DNA of 64,000 bases, from NCBI GenBank assembly GCA_002269645.1, contig NIVC01001117.1, forward strand, positions 111,039-175,038, written 5' to 3'. A model generated the notes under the pieces. It was not told the origin of the DNA and did no database searches. It saw only the letters and a list, made by a program, of their open reading frames with translations. Of this stretch, positions 36,768-48,418 are shown in pieces (position 1 is the first letter of the stretch; every line of letters starts with the position of its first letter). This DNA comes from Macrostomum lignano (taxonomy: Eukaryota). A program made the position numbers and the translations under genes.

Positions 36768-37283
36768 GCCGCCAGTTCATCACCGTTGCTAAGCGCTCAG
36801 CGCTGGTCTAGCCTAGAGCTGTTCTCAGTCTATGAGACAGCGTCTCATTATTACGTAATCGGCAGCGATCAGGCGCAGACATATTTTCGATTATTTAAAT
36901 TATCACGAACAGACAAAGCTGAGGAATTGAATCTATTTGAGGACAGCTACGAATACTCGCTGTCGGAGATACACAGATTCTTGCAGTGCTTTTGCGCCGT
37001 TCAAAATGCTCAGTCGGTTGCTACCGACCAGGCTCGTCAGCAACAGCAGCAGCAGAAGAAGGCTTCCCCTCTGCCAGAGAAATGCATAAACGGCTGCGGC
37101 ATTCTTGGCTTCGTCCGATTCACTGAAGGCTATTATTTGGCTCTGGTCACCCGCGCCTCTGTTGCTGCTCAGCTGTGCGAGCACACTGTGCACCGGATTG
37201 AAGAGGCCCGTCTGGTCTGCCTGCATCCTAGCGGGCGGCCGCAGTCCTCCGAGGAGCAGCGATATGTGCGGCAGTTTGGCCAG
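36768..37283 (+). CDS. FIG4: FIG4 (Sac3) PI(3,5)P2 5-phosphatase, exon A
   Basis: Acceptor ttacttcag at 36767. LFSVYETASHYYVIGSDQAQTYFRLFKLSRT and GILGFVRFTEGYYLALVT match the Sac N-domain. Donor cag|gtgcgc at 37283. Confidence 0.9.
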
Positions 37284-37339
37284 GTGCGCTACTTCAGACA
37301 CTGTCTGATCCTCAGACTTGGCTGTCACTCTACGAGTAC

Positions 37340-37820
37340 CAGATGCTGAATTGCTGGGCCGCCCTACCAGATCTTCAGTTGCTGGGCCAGCCTCCCAGAT
37401 CTTCAGTTGCTGGGCCAGCCTCCCAGATCCTCAGTTGCTGGGCCATGCAGTCTCCCAGATCCTCAGTTGCTGGGCCATGCAATCTCCCAGATCCTCAGTT
37501 GCAGGGCCAGCCTCCCAGATCTTCAGTTGCTGGGCCATGCAGTCTCCCAGATCCTCAGTTGCTGGGCCATGCAGTCTCCCAGATCCTCAGTTGCTGGGCC
37601 ATGCAGTCTCCCAGATCCTTAGTTGCTGGGCCATGCAGTCTCCCAAATCCTCAGTTGCTGGGCCATGCAGTCTCCCAGATCCTCAGTTGCTGGGCCATGC
37701 AGTCTCCCAGATCCTCAGTTGCTGGGCCATGCAGTCTCCCAGATCCTTAGTTGCTGGGCCATGCAGTCTCCCCGATCCTCAGTTGCTGGGCCATGCAGTC
37801 TCCCAGATCCTCAGTTGCTG
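37340..37820. repeat. 29-32-bp minisatellite in FIG4 intron 1 (cccagatcctcagttgctgggccatgcagtct)
   Basis: About 15 copies. The first copies are reverse complements of the 20490-20945 unit. Confidence 0.93.
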
Positions 37821-37882
37821 GGCCATCGCCGCTCCAGGCTGTGGCACAATTTGCTTAACTCTATTACATGTTACCACTGCAG

Positions 37883-38460
37883 GTAGACCTGGCCAGCAAC
37901 TTCTACTACTGCCGCAGCTACGATCTGATGCACACTGTGCAGCACAATTTCACCGCCAGCCCCAGCGACTGCAGCAGCAGCAGCACCAGCAGCAGCAACC
38001 CGGCCTGTCTGCCCGACCAACTGAACCCGGACCAGCTCGGTCAGAAATGGTGCTGGAACCTGGCCTGGCTCACGGACCGCCTATCGCCTGGCTGGCAGCT
38101 CCGCCTGCTGCACGGCTACATCGGTCAGTCTAGCATCGACGTCTGCGGCCGGACCGTCTTCGCTACGCTGATCGGCCGCCGGAGCCGCCGCTACGCCGGC
38201 ACCAGATATTTAAAGCGCGGCTGCGACTATCAAGGCAACGCGGCTAATGAAGTTGAAACAGAACAGGTGCTCCACGATCCAACTAGCTGCTCGTTTGCCC
38301 TGTCCCGAGTCACCGCATTTGTACAGGTGCGCGGATCTGTGCCGGCCATATGGAGTCAGGATATTCAAGGCGTGGTTACTAAGCCGCCGCCTGTTACTGT
38401 GCACTTCACCGATTCTACCTGTGCGTTTAGCGGCCAGCATTTCTGCTCGTTGCTGGCTAG
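37883..38460 (+). CDS. FIG4: FIG4 exon B
   Basis: VDLASNFYYCRSYDL, RRSRRYAGTRYLKRG, NEVETEQ, FVQVRGSVPAIWSQ. Ends ...GCT AG|gcgagt (GC donor). Confidence 0.92.
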
Positions 38461-39119
38461 GCGAGTTGCGATGTTTATTGCTTTTATTGGCCCTCCAATA
38501 GCCTGGTAGCTTATTGACCCCCAATACTCCGGTAGCTTAATTATTGACCCGCCAATACCCTGGATACCCCACTAGGTGACCTACCAAAGTTGTCACTGAT
38601 GACCCACCCGGGTAAACATTGAGAAGGAAAATTCAATCGGATAATGGACGCGTCAGCCGGATATTAGTGCCATTCTTTTATTGAGTAAAATCCTGCCACT
38701 TAATCGGATGTAACGCAAAATTTACGATATCCGTATTAAACATTCGAATAATCCATTTTTCTATCCTGACAACGCAGATGGATATGTAGTTTGAATTCGA
38801 ATGTATCCGGATGTACACCCGGACTTTCATCCGAAAACGATAGAAATCCAGACGATTGAGCGGAAAAATATGCTTGTGAAAATCCCGGATATAACTGCAT
38901 ATCCCGGTGTTTGGGCCGGAAATGTCCCCCCCCCTTATTTTTACGGCGGAAATGGCCGGATTGTTCGCCCCTATTGCGACTTAAAAGAGGAAAACAACGA
39001 TAAAAAAGCAGTAGAGGAACAAAGCCATTTATTTGGTAACCAAATATTTATTTTCACTGTTTCGCCTTCTCGAGAAACGTCTCACCTTTTGATCAAAACC
39101 AAACCTCATCAACATTGAA

Positions 39120-39135
39120 CTTCTCTTCTTTTCTC

Positions 39136-39189
<54 letters not shown>

Positions 39190-39195
39190 GCGAAC
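39120..39195. repeat. (CT)n microsatellite
   Basis: Direct. Confidence 0.9.
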
Positions 39196-39263
39196 TCATC
39201 TCCTTCTCTCCCTTTCTCTCAATCAAAGTGAATCTTCGATCCCTACGAATCCCAGGACGCAAC

Positions 39264-41700
39264 TCAACCTAAGTCCACACTGTCAAACTCAGCGTTTTCG
39301 TCAGCCGCCTCCAGCAGGGAGCCATCCATCGGGTTAGTCTGCGCTGCTGCTGGGTTGGCAAAAGCCACTTTGGGCCTTATTGGATTCGGCTGACGTTGCT
39401 GCCCGTCAGCATTCGCAGCGTCGGCGATTTTCTGACGCTGCCTGGCCTTTGTCCCCTCGTTCTTCATAGCGCGAACCTAAGGCCAATTAAAAAAAATGGC
39501 GTCCTCCGGGCATCGCTTATAGCAGTCGTGTACGAGCTACGTCGTCCTCGTTCAGACGCACTCCTTTCGGGCGCAGAAGTTGCAGTTTTGCCGAGTTCGC
39601 GGTGTGCACACGAGAAGCATTATCCTGGACCCTTCGCTTTAGACGAACGGTGTATAGAGTATGTCGATGTTAGAAATTCGCAGTCGTCCAAGATTGCGCA
39701 GAATGCGCCGAAGGACGACGAACCTTCGCCTCAGGAACTTTTTTCTGCAGGAACGCAGGAATGCAGGTGTCTAACTGAAGAAATTCTTGCTGGATTAGCA
39801 AGAATCTTTTCACGTTTTCCTCGATTTCACGTCGAGCCTTCTCAGTGACAAGCATTCGCGCGAAATCTGGATTGTCGTCTACTAGTGGCACGAGCCCCTC
39901 TCTCTGGACGCTTTCATTAGCGGGAGCACGCTGCATCAGGATACCCCGCATCGTCCAATGCAGCGCATCGGTTTTTGCTCTGCGTTCAGACCACTGCGCA
40001 GGTACACATCCAATGGTGCTGGCGCACTTGTGAAGCCAAAATCCTGTTCACAGTCATCGGGATTGAACTCCTCGGTACCACTGCGGCCCACCACACGCAT
40101 CAGCTCCTAAGCGAATTGACACGACTGATAACCAGCGCTTGTGAATTCGCTGGATCACTTCGCTAACCTGGCGCAGATTTGCATTGCAGTCCGTGGACAG
40201 GTTTTCCTTTTCTGCGCCGCTGTCTTTCAGCTGAGCTAGCTGGTCGTTAGCTGCTGCCAGTTGCTGACGAACATCCCGCAGTTCAGCGAGAATGGCATAC
40301 TTACGCAGAGATCCTCGACCTCCTATTGCTTATGAATTTGCTGCAGCATATTCGTGCAAGACGGGCGCTTCAGCGCCACCGGAGCATCCGGCGGAATTTT
40401 CGCCATTTGCACGACGTCCTGAACCGCAGCTGACGTCCCGTACTGTCCTTTCCATACTACACTGAAGTAGTGCGTCCCAGACCGCTTATTCTGGGCCGTC
40501 ACCAGAATCACACATGGGCGTTGCGGCCCAGCAGACCGTCGTCTGCATGCACACCAGAAGTCTTTTTTGAGGGCATTGAGACAATCTGGCAGATCTGAAC
40601 CTGCAAGGTCAAGTCAAATAGAGACGTGAGTTTGCAGTAAAGGACTAACCCAGTTCTACATGCATTTTTCTCTTATTGCCTAGCAAAAAATGCTAACAAG
40701 TAACACGCTTTCAACTTGGTGTTGTCATTGCAATAATATTTCGACCATATTGTTTTATTTGACTGCAGAATTTGCAGTTGTAGAGGAACATGCATTTAAG
40801 CTACTGTAAGTAGAGTAACACTGACTCGCGCAGTAAAATGAACTATATTACCCAGTATAATAAAATATATATATCTGCTTCTCGTAATTCTCTCTCACAT
40901 TGTCTCCTTCCCTTTACCTGTGCTAAAGCAAAAACTTCACATATTTGCCCAGAAATGCGGTTTAAGACTTTAATAAGCGTTGGATTTTCATCCTCCAGCA
41001 GATGCATATTTGATTATTTGGCAACACAGTTGATCGATTCATTTCTTACGTTCGTAAACTTAGAATCTATAGCTCAGCTCCCGACTCTGAACAGGCCCAA
41101 CTTTGCTTCCACTGCTGCGCTCTTTATTTTCTCACATAAAAGAAACTCATTCTTCTATTTAATGTTAATTAATTGTCAACTTCGACCAAAAGACAAGCAG
41201 TTCAGATCTTTTTGCGAAACACCAGCGAGCCCGTCTCAAAGATCGTTAACTGCTGCTCATCTCTGCCACGTCTGAGTGCGTCCAGCTGACTGCTTCTTCA
41301 GCTTCCTGGAAGAAGTATGGGTGAGAGTGCATCATTGATTTGCCGCAATGCAATGTAAAGAAAAGAAAGAAAATCATGAACAACGACAGCTTACCCGTAT
41401 TGCGAACTTAGCCCGGTCCAAAGCACGAGAAAAGTCTTGTTCCAATTTCCTTATTTTCTCTCTGCGACGCCACTGCTCGCCCAATGCATCAAACGTGGAG
41501 TTACAGTGAACTGACACATCACTGGTGTCCGAGTCTTCTCGGACACGCCGGGTCTTGTGAGGCGTGTCCAGTGGCCGAGGCTTGTGACTCTTGCATGGCG
41601 GCCGGGTCTGTTCATGCGTGTCCAGTGGCCGAGGCTTGTATGGCGGCCATTTCTCGGTACGGCCTTTCGAAGCCAACCATTTCAACCGGCTGTAATGAGA
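39264..41700 (-). pseudogene. Broken TnpA-like accessory ORF of the EnSpm element (coiled-coil segments, spliced)
   Basis: Chain of GC-rich codon-like segments with stops and frameshifts (e.g. LRKYAILAELRDVRQQLAAANDQLAQLK; EKIRKLEQDFSRALDRAK|gtaag). Located downstream of the transposase on the same strand. Confidence 0.5.
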
Positions 41701-42599
41701 TTTGAGTCGGAATTGTTTAAAACCTGCAAAATATTAGGAGCTAGATTAAAATCTACATGTGATTAAAGCAGCATTGACTGATAAAATAAATGAAGCAGAA
41801 TGCAAACTGAACTGCTGCTAATTGAGAAACGAAATGGGTGCGTGCAGGCGACTACCGAACAGTATTCTCGCGCTATACAACCAACAGATTTTTTCAACAT
41901 TTAGTGCGTAAAGACACGAGTCTTATTTTCGTGTAATAATAATAAGATACTATCATACTTTCTCTCGTTACTAAATATGTATGTAGACGTGTACGTTCCT
42001 ATAAGTGATTAAGACGGAATGAGAGGAACAAGAAATCGTGCAAATGACAATTTAATTCTTAAAATATAATAAGCATTAGAGAATGAAGTATACATTGTCC
42101 AATTACACTGACAGTTAATCTAGAGCTCACCCTGCTTAGTACACACATTAGCTGTTTGCATATATGGCCGTGTGAGTCCCTGCATATGCAACCAATAATT
42201 ATTTTGCAGAGTTGTAGCCCCGTGGCTGTACACTGCTTACGTGCATTTTACCCCCCCCCGGAGGTCTTAAATCATGGAAAACGCAAGGCACGATATATAT
42301 AACTTGCGTTTGTTATATAACTTGACATGTCCTGCGTTGTCCGGGACTGGAGATTGCAAAGCAGAGGCACATTTGTCTTGCGATCTCCGGCCGGAGACTG
42401 AAAACGCACGGAGTTTGCAAAGCCTAACACTGGGTCGTTTGCTGATAAATTAAAATTAAGATTTGATTTGATTAGAGATCAGTATTTAAAATTAAGAGAA
42501 AAACAAACCTTGTGTGTCAAAGTCGGAAAGCATAATTACGAATCAATATAATGGAAACAATGGACGATTCAATTAGCCCATAGGATATGTGTCTGACAC

Positions 42600-43370
42600 G
42601 ACACAAGAGCCAAATATCTGGCCGACCTCGACAACTCTGTAGAATTCGATACAAGTCACGTCCTCATCACCTCGTCACTGTACATCGCAACGAAACAGGA
42701 GATACATCGACGTTTGCGCATTTGTGCAGTAAACGGTTCGACGAAAATTCCGCTGTCGAATTCAATCAACGCCCAGGAGTGTCCCTGACTTCGCCTTTTC
42801 CGTTGTGCTACCACACTCCCGAACCGACGGAACACACGGCACTGCCTCTTTCCCAGTCTGAGCATCGACTCGACACGCGACACGCCTGCAATATACAGTA
42901 TTGACCAGCCGCAAGATGCCGTTCGACTGAGCTCACTGTCTGTACGTCCAGCAATCGTGAACCCCGCAGGCGCGCTTTCAGTCTGCAGTGCATTGACTCC
43001 ATGAGTCCAGCTGATTGATGGTGCAGTGGACCAGCCAAATACGCGTAGTCGCACATATGTGAGCAAACTTGATACGCGTTGTACGACTGTGCTAAAATGG
43101 AGTACAGCCGATGCAGCTCAGCAAAGACGTATCGGAGTGCTGTTCGCACATGTGAAATCTCGCTTTTTGGGCCATCTAGTAGTGTTAGTCAAAACATGAC
43201 TGTCGACATTACGCGAAGGAAGCTTATGTGATTCGGACAGTACAGTAGTCGCTAAGGAAGGATTCCAATGTCATCGGGGCTGGCGCCAACAGCCACGTTT
43301 CGAATTCGTGGCCGCGGAACTTTTTAAGCTCCCCGAGTCCGCCTGGAAGTCGATGGATCGATCGGGGTAC
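42600..43370 (-). pseudogene. EnSpm/CACTA transposase C-terminal relic
   Basis: Frame-broken translation KKFRGHEFETWLLAPAPMTL...LHRLYSILAQSYNAYQVCSHMCDYAYLAGPLHHQSAGLMESMHCRLKARLRG matches the animal EnSpm pattern WKAxEFRxFLL...LYG...YNxHxLxH...GPL...SAFxFES...LK. Confidence 0.75.
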
Positions 43371-43674
43371 TTTAATTTTTGCCACCTGCACAATGACAAT
43401 AAATAAAAAATTCGGTTAAAAACGTTGAATCCGGACAGACCGAGTAAATATCCGGAATGAAAATCGGGGTACATTCATTCGAATAGGGGACTGTATCCTG
43501 ACCATCAGACGGAGTTCCAGCGGGATATTGATAATCCGGATAAAAGTGTGGATAAATATGATATTCGGGGCATTTTTACCTTATCCGGTCATACACTCAA
43601 AATAAGCAACATATGCACATCCGGATAGATCACATCCGACCGATTTAACCTTCTCCATTCTTAAGCGGTCACCA

Positions 43675-43825
43675 TAGTAGTAACTGATGACCCACTAGGT
43701 GACCTACCATAGCAGTCACTGATGACCCACTAGGTGACCTACCATAGCAGTCACTGACGACCCACCAGGTGACCAGATAGTAGCCACTGATGACCCACCA
43801 GGTGACCAGATAGTAGTCACTGATG
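43675..43825. repeat. ~35-bp minisatellite (tgatgacccactaggtgacctaccatagcagtcac), continued on the other side of the EnSpm at ~38560-38605
   Basis: Matching units on both flanks of the element. Confidence 0.8.
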
Positions 43826-43888
43826 ACTTAATAGATCTTGTGTGCTGTAGTTAGAGATAGCTATTCATCAGTCACCCTTCCCCTTTAG

Positions 43889-44510
43889 ATACGGCAGCCC
43901 CATCCAAGTTGTCAACCTGATGAAGCAGCAGCGCCGTTCGCAACGCGAGGTACTTCTAACCCAGCTTCTAACGCAGAGCGTTCGCTATCTCAACCAGTTT
44001 GTGCCGGCGTCTCGCTGCCTACTCTTTCGGCACTTCGACATGGCCCGTATTCAGAAGCAGCCCGGCCGTTCTGTACTGTTAGAATTCGCTCCCATTGCCG
44101 CGGATCTGCTGGCTGCTAACGGCCTGTTCTGCCGTCAGGCCGGCCGGACCGAGTCTGTGCAGCTGGGCGTGGCCAGGACCAACTGCGTCGACTGCCTGGA
44201 CCGGACCAACACCGCCCAGTACGTGTTGGGACTGCTAGCGGCCGGCCGGCAGCTCGACTTGCTCGGGCTAGTCGACTACAAGCCTGACGAGACGCCGTTC
44301 AATACCCAGCTAGACGCTGTCATCACCAACCTGTACGAGGATCACGGCGACGCGCTGGCGTTGCAGTACGGCGGCTCCCAGCTGGTGCACAATGTTGACA
44401 CTTATAGGAAGTTGGCTCGCACGGTGTGGGGCTCTCAGAGGCGTCGGGATCTGGGCCAGACGCTGCAGCGCTATATTAATAATACCTTTACTGATACGGA
44501 AAAGCAGCAG
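43889..44510 (+). CDS. FIG4: FIG4 exon C, catalytic CX5R motif
   Basis: Acceptor cccttcccctttag. (R)YGSPIQVVNLMK, RTNCVDCLDRTN, LYEDHGDALALQYGGSQLVH. Donor cag|gtgagt. Confidence 0.94.
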
Positions 44511-44544
44511 GTGAGTTATGAGGCCTTTCCTGATCCAAGAGTTC

Positions 44545-44790
44545 CAAGCTTTTGGATTTGGGATCTGGGATTCGGGCTCAAAGTGTGGAGGAAGGAGATT
44601 GGGGATCTGGGATTCCAGCTCAAAGTGGGGAGTAGGGAGATTGGGGATCTGGGAGTCGAGCTCGAAGTGGGAAGGGGGATTGGGGATCTGGGATTCAAAC
44701 TCGAAGTGAGGATTAGGGAGACTTGGGATCTGGGATTCAAACTCGAAGTGAGGAGTAGGGAGACTTGTGTTTTGGGATCTTGGATTCGTC
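44545..44790. repeat. ~37-bp degenerate minisatellite (ttggggatctgggattc..ctcaaagtg) in FIG4 intron 3
   Basis: About 6-7 copies. Related to the reverse complement of 47480-47740. Confidence 0.85.
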
Positions 44791-44913
44791 TCAAAGTAAT
44801 CGTTTGAATGGGAGCTCCGATGTTAGTTTTGAACTCAAAGTAAAGGGGATCAGGGAATTTCGGGCCTGGTATTGATCTGTCATGATTAGCTTATCCCACC
44901 GGCAATTGCGCAG

Positions 44914-45882
44914 GCGATCAGCCTATTCCTGGGCGTATTCCGGCCTCCGCCTAGAAACAGCGGCAAACCGCACCTGTGGGAGCTCGGCTCCGAGGCGCAT
45001 CTGCACTCCAAGCCGTCGTCAATCACCGGTCGGCGCAATACGCGGGCGTGGTGCCCCGACCAGCTACTAGCCCAGCTGCCGTATCCCAGCGGCCAGGCGC
45101 CTGCCCGGCATCAGCAGTCCGCCGCTTCAACAGCCGATCCTGTAGTTCAGCTGCAACGCGAATTGGCTTTCCATCGGCTGTACCAGCCCTGGCTGCTCAC
45201 CCTGTTCCCGCCGCCGCCGGACACCGCGCCAAAGCCTCTGACCATCGGCAGCGTTGGCCAGCCGTTGCGCCGGTTAAGCGTCGACCAGGGCCAGGCGGAG
45301 CGGTACAGTTCTGTGCACAAGTTCGCCGCCGCAGCCGCCGCGGCCGCCGCTGCCGCCGTCTCTGGATCGTCGAGCTCTTTAGCTTCGTCGGTGCAGCAGC
45401 AGCAGCAGCATCAGCAGTCAGACTCTGGCGCCGACACCGACTCTCTAGACGCTATTGAAGTTGCTAGCGAAGCCTCCGCTACCGCAGCGGCCGCAGCCTA
45501 TCCGGTATGGAGCTTGAATAGTCGGACAGGCTCTCCGGCACCGCCGCCCCCGCCGCCGCCTCCGCCTTCATTGGCGCCACCGGCGCCACCGCCTGCGCGA
45601 GATCCGGCGCCATACGATTGTCAACGCTATTCAGCCTACGCCAGCTTTGCCGCTGAATTCCGTTTGGACCAATTCGAGGCCAGCCGTGCCGCGCCGGCCA
45701 AAGCAGCCTTTTACGACGTGTACGGCGATTCTAGCCGGACTAGCCTGGCCGATATGGGACTGCGCGATCGGCAGCTGTGCTTCGACTGCGTTCACGTGTC
45801 CGTATTTGGGCCGTCTGTTAGCGAACGTGACGTCAGAGTCTATTCTCAATATATTCAGCCGGACCTTGCAACCTATTGCTGA
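44914..45882 (+). CDS. FIG4: FIG4 exon D (terminal)
   Basis: Acceptor gcgcag at 44913. AISLFLGVFRP...KPHLWEL matches FIG4 SINLFLGVF..GKPHLWEL. Frame is continuous with ORF 45163..45882. AATAAA at ~45915. Total spliced CDS is about 895 aa. Confidence 0.88.
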   Translation, partial: AISLFLGVFRPPPRNSGKPHLWELGSEAHLHSKPSSITGRRNTRAWCPDQLLAQLPYPSGQAPARHQQSAASTADPVVQLQRELAFHRLYQPWLLTLFPPPPDTAPKPLTIGSVGQPLRRLSVDQGQAERYSSVHKFAAAAAAAAAAAVSGSSSSLASSVQQQQQHQQSDSGADTDSLDAIEVASEASATAAAAAYPVWSLNSRTGSPAPPPPPPPPPSLAPPAPPPARDPAPYDCQRYSAYASFAAEFRLDQFEASRAAPAKAAFYDVYGDSSRTSLADMGLRDRQLCFDCVHVSVFGPSVSERDVRVYSQYIQPDLATYC

Positions 45883-46004
45883 GAGTTTGCTGTAAGAACT
45901 GTAAAATAATTGCTAATAAAACTATTACCGCCAATCTGACCTTAGTTGTGATTGATTAATCGCCTTTAAAAATCGATTGTAATCGCAAAATCGCCGCTAA
46001 GTTA

Positions 46005-46580
46005 TTCTTAGAAATCGCCCCAGAGCTGTTCTTAGAAATCGCCCTTGAGCTGTTCTTAGAAATCGCCCCTAAGCTATTCTTAGAAATCGCCCTTGAGCTG
46101 TTCTTAGAAATCGCCCCTAAGCTATTCTTAGAAATCGCCCTTGAGCTGTTCTTAGAAATCGCCCCTGAGCTGTTCTTAGAAATCGCCCTTGAGCTGTTCT
46201 TAGAAATCGCCCCTAAGCTATTCTTAGAAATCGCCCTTGAGCTGTTCTTAGAAATCGCCCCTGAGCTGTTCTTAGAAATCGCCCTCAAACTTCTCATACC
46301 AATCGCCCCTGAGTCGTTTTTAGAAATCGCCCCTAAGCTATTCTTAGAAATCGCCCTTGAGCTGTTCTTAGAAATCGCCCCTGAGCTGTTCTTAGAAATC
46401 GCCCTTGAGCTGTTCTTAGAAATCGCCCCTAAGCTATTCTTAGAAATCGCCCTTGAGCTGTTCTTAGAAATCGCCCCTGAGCTGTTCTTAGAAATCGCCC
46501 TCAAACTTCTCATACCAATCGCCCCTGAGTCGTTTTTAGAAATCGCCCCTAAGCTATTCTTAAAAATCGCCCTTGAGCTG
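46005..46580. repeat. 24-bp minisatellite (ttcttagaaatcgcccttgagctg)
   Basis: About 23 copies with higher-order duplication. Confidence 0.94.
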
Positions 46581-47188
46581 CTCTTTGAAATACGAGGGTA
46601 TTAGAAATAAAGTTATCTACGTTTTCGTGCTTTTTTCTAAATTTCTTGCTAAAATTCAACATAATGCCATAAATTTATTGAGTTTTATCAATACTTTTGT
46701 GCCCCCATATCTTAAAACTGCAGGTTATTATTGATATTTAATAAGTAATTTTATTGCCTCTCTGATTATTTTTTGCTCAAGTCTTTCATTTTGTGCTTTT
46801 CAAATAACTTAAAACACTAGTTCGTAATGGTTTACACATTTGCTATAAATACAAATTTATAAGCGGTTCACTTCTAGCACTCTTAAGCATATTGTGTGAT
46901 TTTAGTTACACGGTCGGTCTTGCATTGCTGATTATTTTCTTGCATTCATGGACAAGGAGGGTAGCTTATCAGCGCGTCCATAGCAACGCCCTCCAGCGGC
47001 TGTTGTTGTCTCGCGCCAGAGAGGATTACTGTAGAAAAGCGCGCTATGCATGACACTGCCGCATCCTAGATTTGAATTATTAATCGCCTGTTCAGCTCAA
47101 AGCTACATGAAGTCGGCATTTATTTTTTCGCATCGTCTGTTTTTTGACAACCAAAGCGAGCGGTGCGCCGTAAGCCTCTGAGACTGAG

Positions 47189-47430
47189 ATGTGTCTCAGA
47201 CTATTGCTGAAGGCCATTCTGATAACTAGCCTTGTTGTCGGCTGTGTCCGCGGTCAGTGGTGTCACTGGCTGCGCTGGGAGTGCCAGAGAAGTGCGATCC
47301 TTTGTCGGCCAGTGCGCCAGCGGGCCTGCTGCTCTGACAGCTGCAGCGGCGGCAGTGGCAGCGAGGATGCCGTGTACAATTCACAGTCTCTGATGCTGCA
47401 TCCGCCGTTCTATTGCGATATGGCCGCTAA
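47189..47430 (+). CDS. Orphan type-I membrane protein, exon 1 (signal peptide + Cys-rich segment)
   Basis: MCLRLLLKAILITSLVVGCVRG signal-like N-terminus, several Cys. Donor aa|gtgagc at 47430. Confidence 0.7.
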
Positions 47431-47479
47431 GTGAGCTGTTCAAGTTCTTGCAGCCTTGGGGGGGGGAACACATTGAGCT

Positions 47480-47740
47480 CGAATCCCAGATCCGCAAACT
47501 TGACTCAATCCCATACTCTGAGCTCGAATCCCAGATCCCCAAACTTGATTTAATCCCATGCTTTGAGCTCGAATCCCAGATCCCCAAACTTGATTTAATC
47601 CCATGCTTTGAGCTCGAATCCCAGATCCCCAAACTTGATTTAATCCCATGCTTTGAGCTCGAATCCCAGATCCCCAAACTTGATTTAATCCCATGCTTTG
47701 AGCTCGAATACCAGATCCCCAAACTTGACTCAATCCCATA
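47480..47740. repeat. 45-bp minisatellite (gagctcgaatcccagatccccaaacttgatttaatcccatgcttt)
   Basis: About 6 copies filling the intron of the orphan gene. Confidence 0.9.
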
Positions 47741-47781
47741 CTTGAGATGTGAGATGCTTGTTTTTATCTCGATCGCTGCAG

Positions 47782-48418
47782 CTCCAGTTCGACCGTCTGC
47801 GCCAGCCATTTCGCCCAGTACACGCCGTCGGTCAATGCGTCACTGTGGTGCGCCTGGACCTACTGGACTGCCTGGGCCACCGTGATGGACAGCGGCAGCG
47901 CCGGAGTCTGCGTTTGGAAGCGCGTGCGAAGCCGCCAGAGGGCCTGCGAGTGCCCGCCGCCGCTGGTGACCTCGGCGAACTCCAGCAACTCCTCCAGTCA
48001 GTGCGACTCCGGCAGTCTGGTGGGCGACAGCGACAACTCGACCGGCTTTGCCACTTCGATTGGCGCCGATGGCGTCCTGCGTCTGTTCAGCACTGAGCTG
48101 ACGGATCCCGCTGACGGTTTCGAAGCTCCGTTGTCGGTCTGCAGCACCGACGGCGGCAGCACCGACGGCGGCAGCAGCGGCGGCGTCTCTTCAACAGAGT
48201 CGAGTCGAGTCAGTCCTTCCTGGGCCTGGGTGGCCGCCGTTGCCGCAGTGCCGCTCGCCCTCCTGTTGGTTGCCGCCTCCGTGGTCGCCGGCGTCTGTCT
48301 CGGCCGACTGCACGCCAAACGGGTGAGGGCCGCCGCCGCCGCTGCAGCCGAGCTCAGCGCCGTCGCTGCTTCCTCAACGGCTACGGATTCGTCTGCGGCG
48401 TCTTCGACTGCAATGTAA
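47782..48418 (+). CDS. Orphan type-I membrane protein, exon 2 (TSP1-like WxxWxxW...RxRxR..C motif, S/T/G stalk, TM helix, short tail); 292 aa total
   Basis: Acceptor tttatctcgatcgctgcag. The phase-2 join is in frame with ORF 47882..48418. WCAWTYWTAW...CVWKRVRSRQRACEC; TM WAWVAAVAAVPLALLLVAASVVAGVCLG followed by RLHAKR. Confidence 0.72.

Larger units (their letters stand above)
38605..43670 (-). mobile_element. Decayed, internally deleted CMC-EnSpm/CACTA DNA transposon inserted in FIG4 intron 2
   Basis: Imperfect inverted termini (cacccgggtaaacattgagaagg vs revcomp gaccgcttaagaatggagaagg). Several hundred bp of subterminal sequence rich in ccggat motifs at both ends. Transposase relic at the right end, followed by a second broken multi-exon ORF. 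The insertion splits a 35-bp minisatellite unit. Confidence 0.75.

Noticed and set aside
46590-46660. tacgagggtatt... mariner-like TIR start
   Set aside because: No matching inverted copy or transposase remnant found nearby.
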